A stretch of 64,000 bases of DNA from contig MU053504.1 in assembly GCA_013239625.1 (NCBI GenBank), positions 2,116,607-2,180,606 of the forward strand, written 5' to 3'. Shown piece after piece: positions 1 through 11,000 of this stretch. Below the pieces are notes generated by a model, which saw nothing but the letters and a program-made list of their open reading frames with translations, was not told where the DNA came from and searched no databases. Source of the DNA: Lama guanicoe. Taxonomy: Eukaryota. Position numbers and translations under genes: made by a program. Numbering within the stretch: position 1 is the stretch's first letter; each line of letters starts with the position of its first letter.

Positions 1-353
1 AGTCACATGGTGGCTCAGGGCCCAGCTCCACCAGGGAGGCAAGGCTAGGAGGGGGAGCAGCAGGAAGTCTCATGAAAGGTGGGCAAAGCTGAAAGGTGAG
101 GAGTGGCCTGGTGGAGGAGTAGCTAGGGGGGCCGAGTTTAGATGTAAGGGATGAAGGCATGACCAAGGGGTGAAGATAAGGTAGGAGGAACAGGGCTGAA
201 CAGAGGGGCAGGGGACAGAACTAATGTGAGATCAGAGCCAGAGCAGGACAGTGCCAAAGAGGGGAAGCACCCGGAAATGGGGTGATTATAAGATGTCATC
301 AGGAAATGGAGGCAGAGCTATGACCTCCTGCAGTCGTCCCGTGTCCCTACCAG

Positions 354-3300
354 GATCTCACCTTGAAGACCCAGCTAGAAGCGGTGAATGGAAAGAAAAT
401 GCCTGCCCTGGAGGTGTTTGCCCATGCCCTGCGTTTCTTCAAGGAACATGCTCTTCAGGTGTGCTGCCTACTGGGGCGGAGGATCCCCAGGTCCAACATT
501 TCCCTGCTACCTATCCAATGGGTAGCCACTGGCAGAGTCAATGGTCATCCCCTCCAGTCCCCTGCCTTCCTATTGGTGGAGCCTCCATCAGCCCTATAGG
601 TGTTGGGGAGGTGGGGTTTGGGGGTTAAGGATTCTCCCAAGTCCCCTCACTGCCCCCTTTTGCTCCAGGAGCTGAGGGAGCAGTGCCCGTCACTTCCAGA
701 GAAGGATGCTGTGCGCTGGGTGTTGACGGTGCCCGCTATCTGGAAACAGCCGGCCAAGCAGTTCATGCGGGAGGCAGCCTACCTGGTGAGGATGTGCAGG
801 CGGAGCAGTGGACGTTGCTTGGGAGGGTCCCGGCATGGCCCCATTTCCTCATTCACCACAGTCATTGTGTAAAGACTGCTGGCCTTCCCCTGCTGGGCAT
901 TTTAGAGGGTTGTTGCCACCAAGACAGGGCAACATAAACACGAAAAGCCTGCAGGAACAGAGAGCAGAGGGACAAGAGGCACAGCGCAGGCTAGCTTAAC
1001 CAGGGTCTTAAGTCAGGTTTCCTAGAGGCAGAGCCCAAGATGGGGCTTCTTGTGCCTGCGGTCTGTTGAAGAAGGACTCTCAGGGGAAAGGGGAGTGAGG
1101 AAAGCAGGAGAAAGAGCTGAGCAGGCATGTGTCTCACTTGGAGTCTAGCCTCAGTCTGAGCCCCTGAAGAGCTCTGGAGGAGAATGTACCCTGGTGTTGG
1201 CCACGGTGGGGCAGGGAGGTGGCTTTTGTTCCATCCATATCAGTCTGTCATTGGTTACTGGGGGAGTGGGGGGGGACCTCTCCAAGTGAGGCGGTTCTCA
1301 TTTAGCTGAGGGCAGTTCTTCAGAGAAGGGACAGCTGTGAGCCAATAGCAGCTAACACTCACAGTAGCTGGGCAGGACACCAAGAACATCCACTTCAGCC
1401 AGTATCAGTATTTTCTGGAACCCCACCCCCACCACAGTCCCAACTACTGCAAGTTCTTGAACAGGGGGAAAAGGACTATGAAACTCTGAAGGGAGGTGAT
1501 TTTGGCCAATGTTTGCTGGTCTTTCTACCATAAGAGATGCCCAAAGCTCTGGAGAAAGGGGGGCCACAGCTCAGACACCCTCTTTCCAGTGGAGATAGGG
1601 AGGTGGGAGAGGGGCTCATTGCTTGATCCTGCTCCTGCCCCTGGAGCCTTGGGGGACACCCTAGGACCTCCAAAAGAGATCTCAGGAATTCCAGTGCACC
1701 CTCCCTGGAGGATACCAGGGCCCCCAACCCCTACAGACATACCTGTGGACCGGGCATGCCCCAGGTGCCAGGTCTGTAGGTGCATCCACTTGTTTCTGGA
1801 AGGAGCTAACCCCAAGGCCAGTGGGCATCCTCTCTGCAGAGACCAGGATTAAAGCAAGGCTGTACCCAGCCAGAACAAACACCCTCACCCCAGTGCCCCA
1901 CTGCTGGTGTACCCACCCTGCTTCCTCCTATACTGCTTGCTGCCTGTCAGGTCAGGAAGGGCTGGCCCTGGGCAAGAAGTCTCTATACCCACCCATCCCC
2001 ATCCCTTACCTGGTCAGAATCTGAGGACTCCCACAAAACCATAAAGTACTTCCTATGGGGATCTTCTGCCCCAATGCAGGAAGTAACAGATCTCAAGTAT
2101 TTTTCTCTTCCCGCAAACTGGCCTGACTTGGTGCCTGAAATTTCACTGTTAAAGTTTCTTTCTTCTATATCAGAATCCCTGGGAACAAAGTTCTCCTGAG
2201 AGTGGGGAGGCCTGGGGCCACTAACATCAGCCTGGTGAAGAAAGAGGGTTCAGTGAACCAAAGGGGAAGCCCCCCATCTCCTCTGATTGATGGTCTGGCT
2301 GTTACACCCCCACCAACACACTGTGCTAGAGTCTCCACTAACCCCTCAGCCAGTGCTCAGCTGGCCAGCCCAGCACCTCTGAAGAGGACCTTGCTGCAGC
2401 CCAGGACCGCCTTGGGCAGCCCGGGGGTAGATCCCAGGTTCTAGGTTTTCATTGTGTCTGGAGTCTCTTCCTGCTGGGCAACCCCATGGCATCCTTGGCC
2501 ATGGCCATGCCCTTCCCCAGCCTGGCCACAGGGTGGCTGTGGGGTAGCTCCAAATTTATGCAGCATGGAGGGGCCTGAGAGGCCTAGTATGGGTGGGGTA
2601 CAATGGGGAGGAGGTGGGAGCCCCACAAGCCCGGTTGCCTGCCCTGAGGTGCCATTTCAGTGTGACGCTTGGCCCACGGTGCTCCCCGACCCTGCCCACC
2701 ACCCACCCCCAGGCCGGACTGGTGTCGAGAGAGGAAGCAGAGCAACTCCTCATTGCCCTGGAGCCTGAGGCTGCCTCTGTCTACTGTCGCAAGCTGCGTC
2801 TGCACCAGCTCCTGGACCTGAGTAGCCAGGCCCCAGGCGGTGGGCGCCTGGGTGAGCGCCGCTCCATTGATTCCAGCTTCCGGCAGGGTGAGCCGCCCCC
2901 AAGGGCACTGCCCAGTGGTGGCCTTGGAGGCAGTCCCTGGAGATTTCACCTTGCCCTATTGGGACTCCCTGAGTCTGGGGTGGGGGTAACAGTCTACTCT
3001 AGGGGGAGGTGCTTGGGTACTGACAAAGGGTACTGTGAGCTGAAGGTGGAGGTCTTCAGGAGCTTTCCCTTAAACAGCCACTGAATCAGTTGCCCTTCTC
3101 CTCCCACATCAGCTGCCCTCCCCCCATCAGCCCCAAGCTCCTGCTGCCAGACCAGGCGCTGAGACAGCTATGGTCAACGTTGGTCATCTTGCCAGAAGCC
3201 ATCTCCCATGACAAGGAGAGGTCCTAAGACCTGCCCCTCCAGCTCCTCCAGACCTTCCTAATTCTGATTTTGCTGTGGCCTGCGCCCTCCAGTGTTAAGG

Positions 3301-6261
3301 GAGGGCTGTACTTGCCGCAGCTGTTGGTCACAGCACCTGAGATTACCCCATTCGACTTCTTTGGACCCTTTGGAGTTCAGCTTTGCCCTCTCAGTTAGGA
3401 ATGGAGCAGGAGTTTTAGGAGTACTGGCTGCTCCAGATGTTCATGGAGGGCGTTGGCAGGGCGACAGGGGTTGATGGCGGTGGGTGAGGCACTTCCTTCT
3501 AACCTCGCTGTCCTGCTGTCCCCCAACACCCAGCCCGAGAGCAGCTTCGAAGGTCCCGCCACAGCCGCACATTCCTGGTGGAGTCGGGAGTCGGAGAGCT
3601 GTGGGCAGAGATGCAAGCAGGTGCGGGGAGGGGAGGTGGAGGGATATTCCCTGGGCTCTGTTGGACACTGTACGCCTGGGTGAGGGGGAGGGAACATTCC
3701 AGAAGTCAGCTCCAGTCCCGAGAAACCCTGCCCCTTCCAACTCCATCATTTGTACCTAACCTGGTAGTTCCCTCACAGTCACCTGCACCCCCCCCCACAC
3801 CCACGCAATCCTCTGGGGATTCTCAGTGGATAAAATTACAGAACCCTGGAACCATTTCTCCCCACACCTTGTGCCCCTACCTGGTGACCTGAGGTTCAAG
3901 CACCTGAAGCCCGTCTCAGCCCACCCCTCACTCCCCACGGCCCTGCAGATACGGCTGGGGGCCTGGGGCAGGGCTGAAGGCTGGGTGGGTCTGGAGGGGG
4001 TGCAGAGGTGAGCGTGGAGGGTGCTCACTCTCCCTGCCGCAGGAGACCGCTATGTGGTGGCAGACTGTGGGGGAGGCACGGTGGACCTGACCGTGCACCA
4101 GCTGGAGCAGCCCCATGGTACCCTCAAGGAGCTCTACAAGGCGTCTGGTGAGTAGCCAGGCAGCGCCCTTGGTACCCAGCGCGCCCTGGCCCCGCCACCG
4201 CCCCCTGGCGGCGGAGTTGGCACTGACGCCCCTTTCATCCCCTGCCCCACCCCAGGCGGCCCCTGTGGCGCGGTGGGCGTGGACCTGGCCTTTGAGCAGC
4301 TGCTGGGCCGCATTTTCGGCGAGGACTTCATCGTCACCTTCAAAAGGCAACGCCCAGCAGCATGGGTGGATCTGACTATAGCTTTTGAGGCCCGCAAACG
4401 AACGGCAGGCCCACACCGTGCGGCAGCACTGAACATCTCACTGCCCTTCTCCTTTATTGACTTCTACCGCAAGCAGCGAGGCCAAAACGTGGAGACTGCC
4501 CTGCGCAGGAGCAGGTGGGCCGCGGGACCACCCCTACAGGGGAAGGTGTGGGCCCCAGGGGGCCGTAGGGTGTCTTCCTGATGCGCCCCCACGCAACATG
4601 CCAGCCCTGGTGGAGGCAGGGGGAGGGTCATGAGTACATCGTCAGCCCAAACTGGCACAAGAGAATCTTGAGCCCCGCGGGAAAGGCCGACATCTATCTC
4701 CCCTGGGACCAATGCCTGGAACTGGAGCAGACCTGCATCTAAAGCCCCTGAGAGAGGTTGGCATAACACATAATGTGCAGTCAGTGCCCGAGTACATTGG
4801 CCTGGAACAGGGTTAGAACCTGGGACCCTGACCCTGATCCTGACCATTTCCTTCACCACCTACAGCGTGAATTCCGTTAAGTGGTCCTCACAGGGGATGC
4901 TCCGGATGTCTTCTGAGGCCATGAACGAGCTCTTTCAGCCTACAGTCAGCGGGATTATCCAGCACATAGGTGAGCGCCTGAGCTTAGGTTCTCCATTCAC
5001 CTCAATATACACACCCAGATGCAGGAATAATTCTCCCTATTAGTGCCTGGAATCCTCCCCATATCCATACACTGGAAGGAGACCCAGAGTCATCTGGAAC
5101 ACGTGGAGGATGCAGTACGGTAGGGAATAAGAGCTAGGAGAGAGGGTCTGTAATCTTGCCAAGTTAAAGAACCGCTGATGCCTCAATTTCCCTAAGTGGG
5201 GTGATAGTATTAGGTTCCCCAAACTATCATCACAGGGATTTAAACGAGCTAAAGTATCTACAGAGTGAGTTCAATGTCTTGCATGCAGTAGGCTTTTAAT
5301 ATGTGTACGTGCAGATCCTTATCTCAAACTTCCACGCTGTGATGGGAAAGCAGGGAAGAGAGCTGGGGAAGCAGAGCCCATGAGGATTCCCAGGGGCCCT
5401 CAGGAAAGTGCTGTTTTTTCATCAGAACCAGGCTACTGTTTTATAGTGAAATGGCTAGTTTCTAGTTGCCCAGAGAGACAGAGGGGAGGTGCCAGTGGCC
5501 GTGTAGTGGTGGCCTCAGCGGCTCAACGGTTCTGGCTCTTAACGCACCTTCTCTCCCCGCCACTCTCTCTCTGCTCCCCCGCCCTTCTTCTCTTTACCCC
5601 CATCCTCCACTCCTGTCCCGCAGAGGCGGTGCTGGCTCGCCCCGAGGTGCAGGGCGTGAAGCTGCTGTTCCTGGTGGGCGGCTTCGCCGAGTCGGCGGTG
5701 CTGCAGCACGCGGTGCAGGCAGCGCTGGGCGCCCGCGGCCTGCGCGTGGTGGTTCCGCACGACGTGGGCCTCACCATCCTCAAGGGCGCGGTGCTCTTCG
5801 GGCAGGCGCCGGGCGTGGTGCGGGTGCGCCGCTCGCCGCTCACCTACGGCGTGGGCGTGCTCAACCGCTTTGTGGCTGGGCGCCACCCGCCCGACAAGCT
5901 GCTGGTCCGCGACGGCCGCCGCTGGTGCACCGATGTCTTCGAGCGCTTCGTGGCCGCTGAGCAGTCGGTGGCCCTGGGCGAGGAGGTTCGGCGCAGCTAC
6001 TGCCCCGCGCGCCCGGGCCAGCGGCGCGTGCTCATCAACCTGTACTGCTGCGCCGCCGAGGACGCGCGCTTCATCACCGACCCGGGCGTGCGCAAGTGCG
6101 GCGCGCTCAGTCTGGAGCTCGAGCCCGCCGAGGACACACCCCCGGGTCGCCGCGAGATCCGCGCCGCCATGCAGTTTGGCGACACTGAGATTAAGGTCAC
6201 TGCCGTCGACGTCAGCACCAATCGCTCAGTGCGCGCCGCCATCGACTTCCTTTCCAATTGA
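354..6261 (+). CDS. HSPA12B: Heat shock 70 kDa protein 12B, 3' part (8 coding exons; 5' exons lie before the window)
   Basis: Exons at GT-AG junctions: 354-458, 669-785, 2713-2887, 3534-3620, 4043-4147, 4256-4514, 4866-4969, 5624-6261 (TGA). Phases are consistent: 1590 nt = 529 aa + stop. Peptides include [32 protein letters not shown] and the C-terminus IDFLSN. Confidence 0.96.
990..1400 (+). mobile_element. Old MaLR-type LTR remnant (MLT1-like)
   Basis: Resembles MLT1 consensus from memory (gtcaggtttcctagaggcagagcc...gagctctggag); not aligned. Confidence 0.4.
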
Positions 6262-7059
6262 GGGCGCAAGGGCAGTGCCAGCCCCTCTTGGCCCAGCCGC
6301 GCCCTCTTTCGCGCCGAGCACTAGGGAGCCGGCTGGGGAGGACGAACCCGCCCCGTTCCCCGCAGTCCTGCCCCTGGAGATGAGGTCGCAGGAGGATGGA
6401 GGGGACACATCCGGAAACTCTGGCTGACTGGAAGGCTGAAGGACCCAAGATTTAGAAGAGGTGTGTAAGGTGGCGTGCCCACAGGGAGCACGTGATCCTG
6501 AAAGCAGAATGCACCAGAAGACTGGAGCCCTCATCAGAACTAGGGGACAGGCTGGGAGTGGGGCGGGGGTTTGGGGGTTGGAGGCAGCTAGAAGCTGAGC
6601 AAGGCCGCTGCAGGTGGGGCAGCAGGATGAAGAGGTTGTGCAGGGCTAGGCCTGAAGGCAGAGTGCACCGACTTACGGGCTAAGCCTACAGAGGGAGCCG
6701 GGTAGGAAAAGGACTGGAGCTGCCACGAGGGACAGGGGTGGTGGGACCTCCCTGGGTGTGGTGCTGACCACCCAAGTGTGAATGCTAATTGTAGAAAGGG
6801 CGGTAGCAAGCTAATGAGAAGAGTACAGGGAGAAGGCACATATGGGGGCATATGTTGGGGTGGGGCTTTCCTTTCTATCTGAAAAGGCCCCAAGGGCAGC
6901 CTGTGAATGATCCACTTGCACCCTATCCAGCCACACCAGGTGAAGAGGGTAGGGAGGAGAGGGAGCATTGAGGGCTGGTCCCATCTCTGCCATCAACTCA
7001 GTGTACCTGCCCAACCATGACATGGAACAGCCCTACCTGCCCAGGAACCCTAATGTGAC

Positions 7060-7065
7060 AATAAA
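7060..7065 (+). terminator. Likely polyadenylation signal of HSPA12B
   Basis: AATAAA about 800 nt after the HSPA12B stop codon. Confidence 0.7.
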
Positions 7066-7511
7066 GCATTTATGCTCCAGGTGAAGCCATGGCTTCCTGA
7101 TACCTCACAAAAGCGGTACCTCAAATAGTGGACCAGTGGCGGGGGTGGGGGATGGGCCTGGGTCCTACAAAGAAGAGAGAAAGTTTTCATCTGTGCATGG
7201 GGTTGGGAACTGACCAGGAGCAGTTGCTGCTCCTCCCTGTCAAGTATCCCAAACTGAACACCCCACTCTGTAACCTCGGCAGAAGGCCCCTCCACATCCA
7301 AACTCTTCTTTGGCAATTATTCCCAGACCTACAATGCCGCCACCCATGCATATTTCCTTCAGGACTGGGTGCTCTAATACCATGAAGTGACCTTATCTCC
7401 AAAAAGAATGAGTTTAGCCAAAACTGTTCCTTGGCCCATCTGCAAAGGATTGGGTATTCTCAGGGCCCTGGAGAACAAAAATCTCACTGGCCTTTGGTAT
7501 CCACTGAAAGT

Positions 7512-7517
7512 TTTATT
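7512..7517 (-). terminator. Likely polyadenylation signal of ADISSP/C20orf27
   Basis: TTTATT on + (AATAAA on -), about 530 nt after the ADISSP stop. Confidence 0.7.
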
Positions 7518-8049
7518 TCTTTAGGGTTTTATCCCAACCAGTTGTTTAAAAACCAAATAACACAGACCTGGGGGTTAGGAGTTGGAAACTGTACCTCCCT
7601 CCTACTCACCGTGGACAACAGTGGGAAAGAGGGAGGGGACAGGAGAGGTGGCTAAAGCGAGACAGCAGCAGTGGTAACGGGGGTGGCTATGCCCCAGAGC
7701 CAGCTCCCTCCTCTCCCAGGTCCTGGCTAGAGCCCCTATGGCTTGGGGTCGGGGGTGGGTAGAACCCCCCAGGCCCCTCCCATCCCTCCTCAGACAGCCT
7801 CCTTGGGGGCTCAACCCATTTCTTCCGCAGGAGACTGAGGCACACAGGACGAAGTGGGAGAGGAGGAGCAGGGAGGTGGTACAAATGAGGTGAGAAGTGT
7901 GGGTGAGGCTCTGGCTTGGAGGCCCTTGGATTCTCCACCTCCACACCCACCCTGGGGAGGGGCGAGGAAGCCACACCATCAAACAGCATTCGGGGAGATA
8001 AGGTGGGGTTTAAGGCTGAGGGGCCCCGAGGCAGGTGGAGGCGCGGGCC

Positions 8050-11000
8050 TCAGTCGAAGCCGTGCCAGTCACTGTGCTCCGAGTCGTATTCGAGCTCAGC
8101 ACCCACGCACTTGACACCATCCAGCAGCATGGGTGTGCCGTGGTGGCGGTCTGCAAGGCAGGTGACAAGTCAGTATGTGCGGCTGGACCCAGGCCCCGTT
8201 TACTCCAAGGGGACCCCTCTACCTTCCACCCCACAACCCCACTCTGCTAGGGGGCGGGGAGAAAGGCACCTACCAAGAAAGCTGGCAAAGGGCCAAGGCA
8301 AGGATCTCTCTTTCATACTCAAGGAGGATGGAAACCCCTTGCAGCTAACTTGGTGCCTCCCTCCTCTAGTCAGACCCGCCTCGTGCTCTCACCCATGACG
8401 CGCGCCTGCACCGTCACGCGCACGCAGGTGCCGGTGCCACCTTCGCAGGCTAGCAGCATCTCCTCCTTGAGGACGCCCTCCTTGTGCGCTGAGTACTCAC
8501 ACTTGACGCTGTAACCTGTCCAGGCAATCAGCACCTCTGCAGCCTGCCACTCCTGCCCCCCAGCACCCACTGACCCCTACCCACTACCTAGACTGGCCGC
8601 CTCCTCCAAAGGAGAAAGGATGGCTCAGGACCCACCCCCAGGGCGGGGTGCACAGGTCTCTGAATTTCCCATTCTTCAATGAGCTCTACATGCCTCCACC
8701 TGCAGGCCAGGGGTCAAACCCAGGCTTCCAGGAGGCGGGATTCCCCAAAAAGGCAGGAAGGGAGGGGGGGTGATGAAGAAGGGGTGATGGGGAGGGAAAG
8801 GGCAGGGCGGGCCTTGAGCAGATCAGATGGCAAGAGGCAAAGGCCTGAGAGGGCTTGCTCAGTCCACTTAAGGGCAGGGTTGTGAGGTGGAGGTAGGTGG
8901 ACATGAAACTGAAGCTGGGGCTTCAGCACATGGTGAAAGTGATATCCTAGCCTTTGGGAGAAGGGGACGCTGAAACTGGCAGTGTGTGGAGAAGCAGCCC
9001 CAAGCCCAAGCCCAGGTCTGGCGGATGCTTGGGAGGTAGCTGCTCAGAGTTGCTGAGTTTCTGGTAGATTTTTCCCGAAGGGCAGCAGAGGGAGGGCTAG
9101 AGGCCCAGAGCCAGTTCCTCAGTGGCTTCAGTCATCCCGCTGAGGTAACTAACAGGCGATGAGCAGACAGGCCAACTGTATGAGCCTGTGGACTTCTGTC
9201 CAGGGAGGGAGGCCTGGAGCATGGGACCTGCCAAGTTGCCACACTGCAAGCCCGTAAAAAGGCATCACGTCCCCCGACTGCTGAGCTGACCATCCGCCCT
9301 AGATGTGGGGAAGGACGTACCCCATGCTCACACTCCTGCTCACACCCAGGCCCTGCTGGAGCAGAGCAGGCTTCCAGCACCCTGAGTAGGGGACGCACCT
9401 TCTGGGATGGGCATGACGCTGAGGAGCTTGAGGTGCAGGCTGGGGACAGGTGCCTCTCGGACGTCCTTGCTCAGCCTGTGCACTGGGGGCAGAGTGAAGG
9501 TAATCTCATACCTGTGCAGGATCTTCAGGAAGCCAACCTGCAGCAGGAGGGGCGAGGGGGAGGAGGCACCTTCACTTAGTCTCCCCCAGGCCCGCCCAGG
9601 TTATGCCACCTGTGACCCTGTGGGCCTTTGCACTGGCTTGCTTGACAATCCCAGGGGAGCCTGACTCCCTCCATCACTCTAGCCAGTCCACAGCCCCAGC
9701 CTGGTAGCTCCAGGCCCTTTCTCTAAGGATCCCATCCCTACAGCTTGGCCAGCACACTCCTCAGCATCTGTCTCATGGGCCTCAAAGGTCCTCGGTGGCC
9801 CGTTATATAGATGATGAGATGGAAGCCAGGAAATGACTGGCTGAAGGCCAGAGTGGCCATGGTATAAGTCCTCCCTGGACTTCTTGGCTACTCCTGCCAC
9901 ATGTGGCCCACAGCAAGGCACCTACCTCTGCCCACAGGGGAGGCTCAAAGCTCCATAACACAAGCCACCCACCTGCTACCACCACCACCGGCACATGCCC
10001 AGAGTCAATATCCCAGGGTCAGGGATGCTGGTCCTCTAGTCACTCACGTGGGGCCACCAGGCAATACAGATAGCACAAGATGGAGGATGGGAATTAGAAA
10101 CCAGACGCTAGACCAGCTGTGTAAGTCCAGAGCTGACCCACAAGCCTGGCACCAGCCGTGGGACTGAGGCTGCTGCCTGCCCCGCTGGCACGTGAACGTG
10201 GATGCCTGCCTGCCCACTCAGAGGCTCACTCTGCCCAACAGCCCTGATTCAAGGCCTGAGCAATTTCTGTTGTTCACACACAGATCTTGGCATCCGATGT
10301 CCTCTGGGACAGATGCCATCCTTGGAAACTCCAGTCGTGTGAAGGGTCACAAGCCAGGGTAGCTGCTGAGTGAGTAGGCTGCCTGGATGCCAGTCCAGGA
10401 GGTGCAGGGGTGCGTGCTGGACCCACAGCTCATGTGTGCACATGCTCTCCTGCTCAGTTGTAGGAACTGGATGGCCCTGTCCCTGGGGGAACATTTAGCC
10501 TTTCAGTGGGATCAGGATGATACGACTGCACAATAAAGCTCAGTCCCTGTGGCCCCCACACTCTGCTGCTGGAGGGCACACCTCTCAAGAAGGCTTTCTG
10601 GCTGTACCTGCCAATGGTAATCTTGTAATACAGTGCATCACCTGCAGAATCTTCTAAGGGAAATACTCAGAGATGTGGAAAAAATACTCATCACGGCCAT
10701 ATTTATAACAGTACAAAAGAGAAACAACACTAGGAATAGGGAACCAGCTAAATTGATGATACATATAATGGAATACAAGGTGATTGTAAAATCTCGTGGG
10801 GAATTATTTACTGACACAGGCAGGAGGTGGTTCACAACAGAAGCAAGTTAAAAACAGTGTGTACACTGTGATATCAGCTTTTTGGTTTTGGAAACAAAGC
10901 TAAAAAAGAAACTGGAATGACACATATCAAAATATTAACTGTGGTTATTTCTGAATAGAATGATTGCAGGTACTTTTAAATTTCTTTATAATTTTCTCTG

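Noticed and set aside
5380..5623. N-terminal part of the 293-aa ORF
   Set aside because: Intronic read-through. A polypyrimidine tract and CAG at 5621-5623 define the real start of the last HSPA12B exon.
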